Source: Macrostomum hystrix
Taxonomy: Eukaryota; Animalia; Platyhelminthes
DNA: 64,000 nucleotides
Assembly (NCBI GenBank): GCA_950097015.1
Contig: CATNEN010000007.1
Coordinates: 7,254,001 to 7,318,000 of the forward strand
Direction of reading: 5' to 3'
Shown in pieces: positions 27,026 to 39,300 of this stretch. Made by a program: the position numbers and the translations under genes. The notes under the pieces are model-generated. The model was not told the DNA's origin, searched no databases, and saw only the letters and a program-made list of their open reading frames with translations. The first letter of the stretch is position 1; the number at the start of each line of letters is the position of its first letter.

Positions 27026-27304
27026 AATAAGCATTCGACCACGCACTCACTAAGCAAAGTTCTAACGCGGAATGAGTAACATTGTGAGCCGTAGCTCATC
27101 TATTGCTAGATCTCACTAAGATAGTAGTGAGTGGCGCTCAAGCCTACTCAATTGAGTAGTGTCAGTTGTGCGTACTCTGGGCTAGGAATAGCGGATAATT
27201 TAGTTGTCAGTTTGGTTAAATATTTGCCTCGCCAGTCAGTTGCGATGAGTCTCCATCGAGTGAGACCCGTGAGACTCTCGGCTGAGTTTGAGTAGACTCA
27301 AAGG

Positions 27305-30300
27305 TCACCTGTACTGCGGAAACTGCGCGCCGCCGCTGGCTGGCACCGGCCCCGGCTCGCATTTCTCCCACTCCACGGGAAACTGGGCGGCTGCGACGGC
27401 GGCTGCGGCGGCGGCGTCCGCGTCGTTGCGCGGCAGAATCGGCGGCGGCGGCACCGGCGGCGGCACCTTGTCGATGCTGTGCGACTGGTACTGGGCGGGC
27501 CTCTGGCCGCCCATCACGAGGCCCTGCGTGTTGCATTGGGGGAGATTGGGTTGTTGAGCTCATTTAATTTGTACTCATTGCTAAAGTGCACACGAGCGCC
27601 CGTGTCATTACTCGATCCTCAAAGCGGGCTGGCGGGTCCTTCAGAAAATAGTGCAGCGGAGCGTAGCAGAATGCTATGATGGCGATGGACCACATCATCC
27701 AGCGAAATCCCATCATCCTCACGATGCTGCCGCTCAGCGCTGGGCCTGGTGGATGGTTGAAGATTCGCTTCTAGTTGGACTAAAGATATTTTTGACGCCT
27801 TGACTACTAAGTAGTCCACCAGGATTATCACTCTTGTATAAGTCCCACAACCGCCTCACCCCTACAAACAGCTCGCTACTACAATTATCTCACACCAGCA
27901 CCCACCTCACCCTATACATCCACCTCACTCCCGCAACCACCTCACTCCCGCAACCACCTCACTCTAACACCCATCTCACTCCCACACCCACCTCACTCCC
28001 ACAACCACCCCACTGCAACAACCACCTCACTCACCCACTCCACTCCCTCAACCAGCCTCAATCCAACACCTAACGCTACAATCCCCTCCGCCCCAATACC
28101 CACTTCCCGAAACCCTGCTATCTAATATGCCATCTTTCTGCTAGGCTTATAGTTTCATAGTCTCGCACCGATAGCGAAGCCGAGGCAGAAGGCGATGTCA
28201 GCGATAGCATAGACACTGCCGTAGACAGAGACGTGGCGCAGGTCGACCAGGTAGCCCATGAGCGGCATCATTGAAGAATCCACCATGCCAATCGCGAAGC
28301 CGAGACCGAAGTTCGGCACCACCAGATGGCCCAGCGAGTTCGCGAACGGGATCTGGGGTAGGTAAGGTAAGTAAGTAGTAAGTAAGTAGGTAAGGTCAAA
28401 AAGTTGGTTTGTGCGAAAACAAAACGGATGCTGAATTGCTCGAGTCAAAGGTTTTCAACTCACAATAATTAGACAGAGGCCCATTAAGACCATGCCGAGA
28501 CCGGCACTCAGCCATCTGGAATTTAAGACATCTGGAGTTTTCTCTTGCCTCTTAAAAGAGCTACGTGTTTGTACTCGTACGGAATGAGGTGGCTGTATGG
28601 AGTAAGGTAGTTGCATGGAGTGAGGTGGTTGCATGGAGTGAGGTGGTTGCATGGAGTGGGGTGGTTGCATGGAGTGAGGTGGTTGCATGGAGTGAGGTGG
28701 TTGCATGGAGTGAGGTGGTTGCATGGAGTGGGGTGGTTGCATGGAGTGAGGTGGTTGCATGGAGTGGGGTGGTTGCATGGAGTGAGGTTGTTGCATCGAT
28801 TGCGGTGGTTTTAGTTCGTGTTAAAAGAGGCTGTTTGAACTTGCCTGCCAATCCGGAAGGCCAGTGCACCAAACAGATTGGTGCCAATCAGATAAGAGAT
28901 TGAGCAGGGCAAAAAAGCGACTCCCTGCTCCCAGCGCTGGGCATGCATCGTGTCTTTCATCCAGATGGGCAGTGAGGGCTCCAGCATGGCGATGCCCATG
29001 TTGCCGAAGGTGATGCTGCCGGCGGCAAGCAGAATGTAGGGATCACGCAGAAGATTTTTCAACGGGGCCCCCTCTTGCGCTTCAGGTCGCACACCAGGCT
29101 TTAGCACAAGCAGCTGCAGGACTAAGTGAATTTTTAGAATAGAAAGATTATTTAAATGATAAATTTCTGGTTAACTCAAGCCAGCAATTAGGGTGGAGTA
29201 AAGTTGGTGAGCGGAGTGGGATTGCCGTGTAGTGTGAGGTTGTCGAGCGGAGTGGGGTTGTCGAGCGGAGTGGGGTTGTCGAGCGGAGTGAGGTTGTCGA
29301 GCGGAGTGAGTTTGGTCAGCGAAGTGGCGTTGGCTAGGAAGAGTGAGGTGGACGGAGTGAGATTAGTGTGTTCCAATCATAATACTGCATGTAGGCTCAT
29401 TAGCATAATCAGGGATGACTCACCGCCGTCCAGCAGGGCCAAACCGGCCAGCAGCATAAAGGCGGCCTCCTTGCTCACGAACTGGTACATGACACCGCCG
29501 AATGGAGGGCCGACTGACGGGAGGTGTTTTGGAGAGGCATTCCGGATGTTAGAGACAGTTTGAATTCGTAGTGATGCGCACATTCCCACTTTAAACATTT
29601 AATTGTTAATAGGTTGCAATAGTACAGGTTAGCTTTTTCATGATGCTCGCGCCATCACTAAATACTTAGTCTAATGGCGGAAATTTGACGGCCCGAATAA
29701 TTCTAGGAGTAGATCTAACCAATTTAAATATTTCTAATTTGTTAATTATAACACTAAGAGGTTAGCAAAGCTTGCGTTAGCTTTAAAATATTTTAACAAC
29801 AAGTATAACAAAAATTTGTAACTATTTAGTAGAACAAATAATTGTCAATTATCACTCAGTCGGCCTTCTTGTCTGTCTGTCCTGAGTGTCTGTTCTGAGT
29901 GATTGTCTGTCCTGAGTGTCTGTTCTGAGTGTTTGTCTGTCCTGAGTGTCTGTCTGTCCCGAGTGTCTGTCCTGAGTGTGTCTGTCCTGAGTGTCTGTCT
30001 GTCCTGAGTGTCTGTCTGTCCCGAGTGTCTGTCCTGAGTGTGCCTGTCCTGAGTGTCTGTCTGTCCTAAGTGTCTTTCTGTCCTGAGTATCTGTCTGCCA
30101 TGAGTGTCTGTCCTGAGTGTCTGTCCTGTGTGTCTGTCCTAAGTGTCTGTCCTGAGTGTCTGTCCTGAGTGTCTGTCTGTCCTGAGTGTCTTTCTGTCCT
30201 GAGTATCTGTCTGCCATGAGTGTCTGTCCTGAGTGTCTGTCCTGTGTGTCTGTCCTAAGTGTCTGTCCTGAGTGTCTGTCCTGAGTGTCTGTCTGTCCTG

Positions 30301-33300
30301 AGTGTCTTTCTGTCCTGAGTGTCTGTCTGTCCTGAGTGTCTGTCTGTCCTGAGTGTCTGTCTGTCATGAGTCTCTGTCTGTCCTGAGTGTCTGTCTGTCA
30401 TGAGTGTCTGTCTGTCATGAGTGTCTGTCTGTCATGAGTGTCTGTCTGTCATGAGTCTCTGTCTGTCATGAGTGTCTGTCTGTCATGAGTGTCTGTCTGT
30501 CATGAGTATCTGTCCTGAGTGTCTGTCATGAGTGTCTGTCTGTCCTGAGTGTCTGTCCTGAGTGTCTGTCATGAGTGTCTGTATGTCCTGAGTGTCTGTC
30601 ATGAGTGTCTGTATGTCCTGAGTGTCTGTCCCGTGTGTCTGTCCTGAAGCGCCTGTCTGTCTGTCTGTCTCACCAAGCACTCCCATTGCCAGTCCGCCCA
30701 AAGCCAGGCTCATAGCCTGGCCTCTCTCCTTGTCGTCCGGATATTGTGTGGCCAGCATGCCAAGGCCTGAATTGAAAAATGTGGCAGAGAGACTGACTCA
30801 GGCAGCTGAACAGATCAGAAAGCTTGCATTCTGAAATCAAACAGGCTTCTGACAACGGCAAAAAATTAATTTAAAGACAAAAATGGCAAGGAAACCAAAT
30901 TAAACAGGAAAGTAAACTAAATTGTTTAAACTTAAACTTATGTCCTATTAGGCAAGATGCTGAAAGTGGTTGCCAAACGTTTGCGTAAAATCAGCGTTCC
31001 TCACTTAAAATCAGTTGGCTACTAGTCCACTCTCTCGTGTTAATTTTTCTTCTCTGTTATTCAGACTCAACAGAAGTAGATCTGTCATTTTAGATTCTCG
31101 TAGTTACACCGAACGCTCATAAGTCTAATATAATCCAATTAGGGTCAAAGTAAAGGCGTACTCAAGGTGAAATAATGCATGCCAATAAAATTCCTACGAA
31201 CGGAACTTAAACAGTGCAACAAAAGACCAACGTAAGATAAGGAACAGTGAAAGACACTGGAAAAGTGACCAAAGAAACAATATTGCCGTCTGATCAGTCA
31301 GCACCCATGACTCCGAAGGCCAGACCGCTGAGTGCAATGCCTAGAGCGCGGCCGCGTTCCACGTCATCTGTGTAGATTGCCGCCACCATGCCCATGCCTT
31401 CGGTTTGGCGAGCGGAGTGGAGTGAGGTGAGGTTGGTGAGCGGAGTGAGGTTGGCGAGCGGAGTGAGGTTGGCGAGGGGAGTGAAGTTGGTGTGTAGAGT
31501 GAGGTTGGCGAGCGGAGTGAGGTTGGTGTGTAGAGTGAGGTTAGTGAATAAAGTAGAGTTGGGAAGAAATAGTTTTTGCTTGAGTAAGGTTAGATGGAGT
31601 TCTTATGTTTGTAGATATAATGGTGCCGCATAGTGTTGCGATACGCAGCACCTTGACGTACCATTTCTCGGTCGACGATTCCTAGACTAAGCTGCTAAAC
31701 GATATTGTTTCATTAAAAAAATGCTTTGAAGTGTCATCTTTGATGAAAAAAAACAAACTCAGAAAATTTTAATTACAATACGACATTCGCAAAAAAGAAG
31801 CGTCTTGCACTGCAGAGATTCTCAATTCGAGCTAATTTACCAAAAATTGCTCACCCGACACACTGGAGCAGGCAGACCCGATGCCCTGGATGGCCCGGGC
31901 AACAAACAGGACGCCGTAGGATTCGCCGAACGCAAAAACTGGAACAAGCGGATTGGAGATTATTGAATCTGAACCCCTTACACACTCAATAAACACAAGT
32001 CAATTTATCACCTCGACTCGACGACTTCTCTTGACTAAAAATATCCCATTGACTTAAAAAATCTCATTCTCTTGAAAATATCGTATTGACTTAAAAAGAT
32101 CGCATTGACTTGAAAATATCCCATTGACTTGGCATGGCTACTCACTGATGGTTGAGACGAACATGATGACGAAGCCGGAGAACATGGGAATCGAGTAGCC
32201 AATCCTGTTCGTCAGCGGCCCCACAAAGGGATTTACGATCAATTGCATCACCGACTTGGCAGCGAACATCACGCCGACGTGGATGTTCATCTCCACCAGC
32301 TGCTCGTGGCGCCAGCTGTCGGCCTTGGCGAAGCAGTCGCGAATCTCCGACTTGTTCAGCCTGATCTCGTCGACGTGTTCGACAAAGAAACGATCGGCGT
32401 GCAGACTGGGCAGGCGGCCGTAGAACCGCCCATCCCTGCCGCCGCCCTCGCCGCCGCCTCTGCCGAAGTCCTCAGCGTGAGCCTTCTGCCCCAGACGGGC
32501 CGCCTCGGCCACCCAGCGGGCGAACTGCTCCGTCGAGTTGTCGAACAGGTGCGAGTGCCGCGCCGCGATCGTCTCATTCTTGGCCAGCTGAATACAATCG
32601 GCCGTGTAGTTGTAGTCCCGGTGGCGGATGTACCAAAGAAAGTCCGGGATGATGGGCACTGTGGGATCAGAGTGTTTGGGATGGTTAGCACTGTGGGATC
32701 AGAGAGTGTGGGATGGCTAGCACTGTGGGATCAGAGAGTGTTTGGGATGGCTATCACTGTGGGATCAGAGTGTTTGGGATGGCTATCATTGTGGGATCAG
32801 AGAGTGTGGGATGGCTAGCACTGTGGGATCAGAGAGTGTTTGGGATGGTTAGCACTGTGGGATCAGAGAGTGTTTGGGATGGTTAGCACTGTGGGATCAG
32901 AGAGTGTTTGGGATGATTAGCACTGTGGGATCAGAGAGTGTTTGGGATGGTTAGCATTGTGAGATCAGAGAGTGTGGGATGGTTATCACTGTGGGATCAG
33001 AGAGTGTTTGGGATGGCTAGCACTGTGGGATCAGAGAGTGTTTGGGATGGCTAGCACTGTGGGATCAGAGAGTGTTTGGGATGGTTAGCACTGTGGGATC
33101 AGAGAGTGTTTGGGATGGCTATCACTGTGGAATCAGAGAGTGTGGGATGGCTATCACTGTGGGATCAGAGAGTGTTTGGGATGGCTATCACTGTGGAATC
33201 AGAGAGTGTTTGGGATGATTAGCACTGTGGGATCAGAGAGTGTTTGGGATGGCTATCATTGTGGAATCAGAGAGTGTGGGATGGCTAGCACTGTGGGATC

Positions 33301-36300
33301 AGAGAGTGTTTGGGATGGCTAGCACTGTGGGATCAGAGAGTGTTTGGGATGGTTAGCACTGTGGGATCAGAGAGTGTTTGGGATGGCTAGCACTGTGGGA
33401 TCAGAGAGTGTGGGATGGTTAGCACTGTGGGATCAGAGAGTGTGGGATGATTAGCACTGTGGGATCAGAGAGTGTGGGATGATTAGCACTGTGGGATCAG
33501 AGAGTGTGGGATGGCTAGCACTGTGGGATCAGAGAGTGTTTGGGATGGCTAGCACTGTGGGATCAGAGAGTGTGGGATGATTAGCACTGTGGGATCAGAG
33601 AGTGTGGGATGATTAGCACTGTGGGATCAGAGAGTGTGGGATGATTAGCACTGTGGGATCAGAGAGTGTGGGATGATTAGCACTGTGGGATCAGAGAGTG
33701 TTTGGGATGGTTAGCATTGTGGGATCAGAGAGTGTTTGGGATGATTAGCACTGTGGGGTCAGAGAGTGTTTGGGATGATTAGCACTGTGGGGTCAGAGAG
33801 TGTGGGATGGTTAGCACTGTGGGGTCAGAGAGTGTTTGGGATGGTTAGCACTGTGGGGTCAGAGAGTGTTTGGGATGGTTAGCACTGTGGGATCAGAGAG
33901 TGTGGGATGGTTAGCATTGTGGGGTCAGAGAGTGTGGGATGGTTAGCATTGTGGGATCAGAGAGTGTTTGGGATGATTAGCACTGTGGGGTCAGAGAGTG
34001 TTTGGGATGATTAGCACTGTGGGGTCAGAGAGTGTGGGATGGTTAGCACTGTGGGGTCAGAGAGTGTTTGGGATGATTAGCACTGTGGGGTCAGAGAGTG
34101 TGGGATGATTAGCACTTTGGGGTCAGAGAGTGTTTGGGATGATTAGCACTGTGGGATCAGAGAGTTTGGGATGATTAGCACTGTGGGGTCAGAGAGTGTT
34201 TGGGATGGTTAGCATTGTGGGATCAGAGAGTGTTTGGGATGATTAGCACTGTGGGATCAGAGAGTGTTTGGGATGATTAGCACTGTGGGATCAGAGAGTT
34301 TGGGATGGTTAGCACTGTGGGATCAGAGATTGTTTGGGATGGTTAGCATTGTGGGATCAGAGAGTGTTTGGGATGGCTATCACTGTGGGATCAGAGAGTG
34401 TTTGGGATGGCTATCACTGTGGGATCAGAGAGTGTTTGGGATGGTTAGCACTGTGGGATCAGAGAGTGTTTGGGATGGTTAGCACTGTGGGATCAGAGAG
34501 TGTTTGGGATGGCTATCACTGTGGGATCAGAGAGTGTTTGGGATGGTTAGCATTGTGGGATCAGAGAGTGTTTGGGATGATTAGCACTGTGGGATCAGAG
34601 AGTGTTTGGGATGGCTATCACTGTGGGATCAGAGAGTGTTTGGGATGGCTAGCACTGTGGGATCAGAGAGTGTTTGGGATGGCTATCACTGTGGGATCAG
34701 AGAGTGTTTGGGATGGCTATCACTGTGGGATCAGAGAGTGTTTGGGATGGTTAGCACTGTGGGATCAGAGAGTGTTTGGGATGGCTATCACTGTGGGATC
34801 AGAGAGTGTTTGGGATGGCTATCACTGTGGGATCAGAGAGTGTTTGGGATGGCTATCACTGTGGGATCAGAGAGTGTTTGGGATGGCTATCACTGTGGGA
34901 TCAGAGAGTGTTTGGGATGGCTATCACTGTGGGATCAGAGAGTGTTTGGGATGGCTAGCACTGTGGGATCAGAGAGTGTTTGGGATGGCTATCACTGTGG
35001 GATCAGAGAGTGTTTGGGATGGTTAGCACTGTGGGGTCAGAGAGTGTTTGGGATGATTAGCACTGTGGGGTCAGAGAGTGTTTGGGATGGCTATCACTGT
35101 GGGGTCAGAGAGTGTTTGGGATGGTTAGCACTGTGGGGTCAGAGAGTGTTTGGGATGGTTAGCACTGTGGGGTCAGAGAGTGTTTGGGATGGTTAGCACT
35201 GTGGGGTCAGAGAGTGTTTGGGATGATTAGCACTGTGGGATCAGAGAGTTTGGGATGGTTAGCATTGTGGGATCAGAGAGTGTTTGGGATGATTAGCACT
35301 GTGGGGTCAGAGAGTGTTTGGGATGGTTAGCATTGTGGGGTCAGAGAGTGTGGGATGGCTATCACTGTGGGATCAGAGAGTGTTTGGGATGGTTAGCATT
35401 GTGGGATCAGAGAGTGTTTGGGATGGTTAGCACTGTGGGGTCAGAGAGTGTTTGGGATGGTTAGCACTGTGGGGTCAGAGAGTGTTTGGGATGGTTAGCA
35501 TTGTGGGATCAGAGAGTGTGGGATGGTTAGCATTGTGGGATCAGAGAGTGTTTGGGATGATTAGCACTGTGGGGTCAGAGAGTGTTTGGGATGATTAGCA
35601 CTGTGGGGTCAGAGAGTTTGGGATGGTTAGCACTGTGGGATCAGAGAGTGTTTGGGATGGTTAGCATTGTGGGATCAGAGAGTGTTTGGGATGGTTAGCA
35701 TTGTGGGGTCAGAGAGTGTTTGGGATGGTTAGCACTGTGGGATCAGAGAGTGTGGGATGGTTAGCATTGTGGGATCAGAGAGTGTTTGGGATGATTAGCA
35801 CTGTGGGGTCAGAGAGTGTTTGGGATGATTAGCACTGTGGGGTCAGAGAGAGTTTGGGATGGTTAGCACTGTGGGATCAGAGAGAGTTTGGGATGGTTAG
35901 CACTGTGGGGTCAGAGAGTGTTTGGGATGGTTAGCATTGTGGGATCAGAGAGTGTTTGGGATGGTTAGCATTGTGGGGTCAGAGAGTGTTTGGGATGGTT
36001 AGCACTGTGGGATCAGAGAGTGTGGGATGGTTAGCATTGTGGGATCAGAGAGTGTTTGGGATGATTAGCACTGTGGGGTCAGAGAGTGTTTGGGATGGTT
36101 AGCACTGTGGGGTCAGAGAGTGTTTGGGATGATTAGCACTGTGGAATCAGAGAGTGTTTGGGATGGTTAGCACTGTGGGATCAGAGAGTGTTTGGGATGG
36201 TTAGCACTGTGGGGTCAGAGAGTGTGGGATGGTTAGCACTGTGGGGTCAGAGAGTGTTTGGGATGATTAGCACTGTGGGGTCAGAGAGTGTGGGATGATT

Positions 36301-39300
36301 AGCACTTTGGGGTCAGAGAGTGTTTGGGATGATTAGCACTGTGGGATCAGAGAGTTTGGGATGATTAGCACTGTGGGGTCAGAGAGTGTTTGGGATGGTT
36401 AGCATTGTGGGATCAGAGAGTGTTTGGGATGATTAGCACTGTGGGATCAGAGAGTGTTTGGGATGATTAGCACTGTGGGATCAGAGAGTTTGGGATGGTT
36501 AGCACTGTGGGATCAGAGATTGTTTGGGATGGTTAGCATTGTGGGATCAGAGAGTGTTTGGGATGGCTATCACTGTGGGATCAGAGAGTGTTTGGGATGG
36601 CTATCACTGTGGGATCAGAGAGTGTTTGGGATGGTTAGCACTGTGGGATCAGAGAGTGTTTGGGATGGTTAGCACTGTGGGATCAGAGAGTGTTTGGGAT
36701 GGCTATCACTGTGGGATCAGAGAGTGTTTGGGATGGTTAGCATTGTGGGATCAGAGAGTGTTTGGGATGATTAGCACTGTGGGATCAGAGAGTGTTTGGG
36801 ATGGCTATCACTGTGGGATCAGAGAGTGTTTGGGATGGCTAGCACTGTGGGATCAGAGAGTGTTTGGGATGGCTATCACTGTGGGATCAGAGAGTGTTTG
36901 GGATGGCTATCACTGTGGGATCAGAGAGTGTTTGGGATGGTTAGCACTGTGGGATCAGAGAGTGTTTGGGATGGCTATCACTGTGGGATCAGAGAGTGTT
37001 TGGGATGGCTATCACTGTGGGATCAGAGAGTGTTTGGGATGGCTATCACTGTGGGATCAGAGAGTGTTTGGGATGGCTATCACTGTGGGATCAGAGAGTG
37101 TTTGGGATGGCTATCACTGTGGGATCAGAGAGTGTTTGGGATGGCTAGCACTGTGGGATCAGAGAGTGTTTGGGATGGCTATCACTGTGGGATCAGAGAG
37201 TGTTTGGGATGGTTAGCACTGTGGGGTCAGAGAGTGTTTGGGATGATTAGCACTGTGGGGTCAGAGAGTGTTTGGGATGGCTATCACTGTGGGGTCAGAG
37301 AGTGTTTGGGATGGTTAGCACTGTGGGGTCAGAGAGTGTTTGGGATGGTTAGCACTGTGGGGTCAGAGAGTGTTTGGGATGGTTAGCACTGTGGGGTCAG
37401 AGAGTGTTTGGGATGATTAGCACTGTGGGATCAGAGAGTTTAGGATGGTTAGCATTGTGGGATCAGAGAGTGTTTGGGATGATTAGCACTGTGGGGTCAG
37501 AGAGTGTTTGGGATGGTTAGCATTGTGGGGTCAGAGAGTGTGGGATGGCTATCACTGTGGGATCAGAGAGTGTTTGGGATGGTTAGCATTGTGGGATCAG
37601 AGAGTGTTTGGGATGGTTAGCACTGTGGGGTCAGAGAGTGTTTGGGATGGTTAGCACTGTGGGGTCAGAGAGTGTTTGGGATGGTTAGCATTGTGGGATC
37701 AGAGAGTGTGGGATGGTTAGCATTGTGGGATCAGAGAGTGTTTGGGATGATTAGCACTGTGGGGTCAGAGAGTGTTTGGGATGATTAGCACTGTGGGGTC
37801 AGAGAGTTTGGGATGGTTAGCACTGTGGGATCAGAGAGTGTTTGGGATGGTTAGCATTGTGGGATCAGAGAGTGTTTGGGATGGTTAGCATTGTGGGGTC
37901 AGAGAGTGTTTGGGATGGTTAGCACTGTGGGATCAGAGAGTGTGGGATGGTTAGCATTGTGGGATCAGAGAGTGTTTGGGATGATTAGCACTGTGGGGTC
38001 AGAGAGTGTTTGGGATGATTAGCACTGTGGGGTCAGAGAGAGTTTGGGATGGTTAGCACTGTGGGATCAGAGAGAGTTTGGGATGGTTAGCACTGTGGGG
38101 TCAGAGAGTGTTTGGGATGGTTAGCATTGTGGGATCAGAGAGTGTTTGGGATGGTTAGCATTGTGGGGTCAGAGAGTGTTTGGGATGGTTAGCACTGTGG
38201 GATCAGAGAGTGTGGGATGGTTAGCATTGTGGGATCAGAGAGTGTTTGGGATGATTAGCACTGTGGGGTCAGAGAGTGTTTGGGATGGTTAGCACTGTGG
38301 GGTCAGAGAGTGTTTGGGATGATTAGCACTGTGGAATCAGAGAGTGTTTGGGATGGTTAGCACTGTGGGATCAGAGAGTGTTTGGGATGGTTAGCACTGT
38401 GGGGTCAGAGAGTGTTTGGGATGGTTAGCACTGTGGGGTCAGAGAGTGTTTGGGATGGTTAGCACTGTGGGGTCAGAGAGTGTTTGGGATGATTAGCACT
38501 GTGGGGTCAGAGAGTTTGGGATGGTTAGCACTGTGGGATCAGAGAGTGTTTGGGATGGTTAGCATTGTGGGATCAGAGAGTGTTTGGGATGGTTAGCACT
38601 GTGGGGTCAGAGAGTGTTTGGGATGATTAGCACTGTGGGGTCAGAGAGAGTTTGGGATGGTTAGCACTGTGGGATCAGAGAGAGTTTGGGATGGTTAGCA
38701 CTGTGGGGTCAGAGAGTGTTTGGGATGGTTAGCACTGTGGGGTCAGAGAGTGTTTGGGATGGTTAGCACTGTGGGGTCAGAGAGTGTTTGGGATGATTAG
38801 CACTGTGGGGTCAGAGAGTTTGGGATGGTTAGCACTGTGGGATCAGAGAGTGTTTGGGATGGTTAGCATTGTGGGATCAGAGAGTGTTTGGGATGGTTAG
38901 CATTGTGGGGTCAGAGAGTGTTTGGGATGGTTAGCACTGTGGGGTCAGAGAGTGTTTGGGATGGTTAGCACTGTGGGGTCAGAGAGTGTTTGGGATGGTT
39001 AGCACTGTGGGGTCAGAGAGTGTTTGGGATGGTTAGCACTGTGGGATCAGAGAGTGTTTGGGATGGTTAGCACTGTGGGATCAGAGAGTGTGGGATGGTT
39101 AGCATTGTGGGATCAGAGAGTGTTTGGGATGATTAGCACTGTGGGGTCAGAGAGTGTTTGGGATGATTAGCACTGTGGGGTCAGAGAGTGTTTGGGATGA
39201 TTAGCACTGTGGGGTCAGAGAGTGTGGGATGATTAGCACTGTGGGGTCAGAGAGTGTGGGATGGTTAGCACTGTGGGGTCAGAGAGTGTTTGGGATGATT

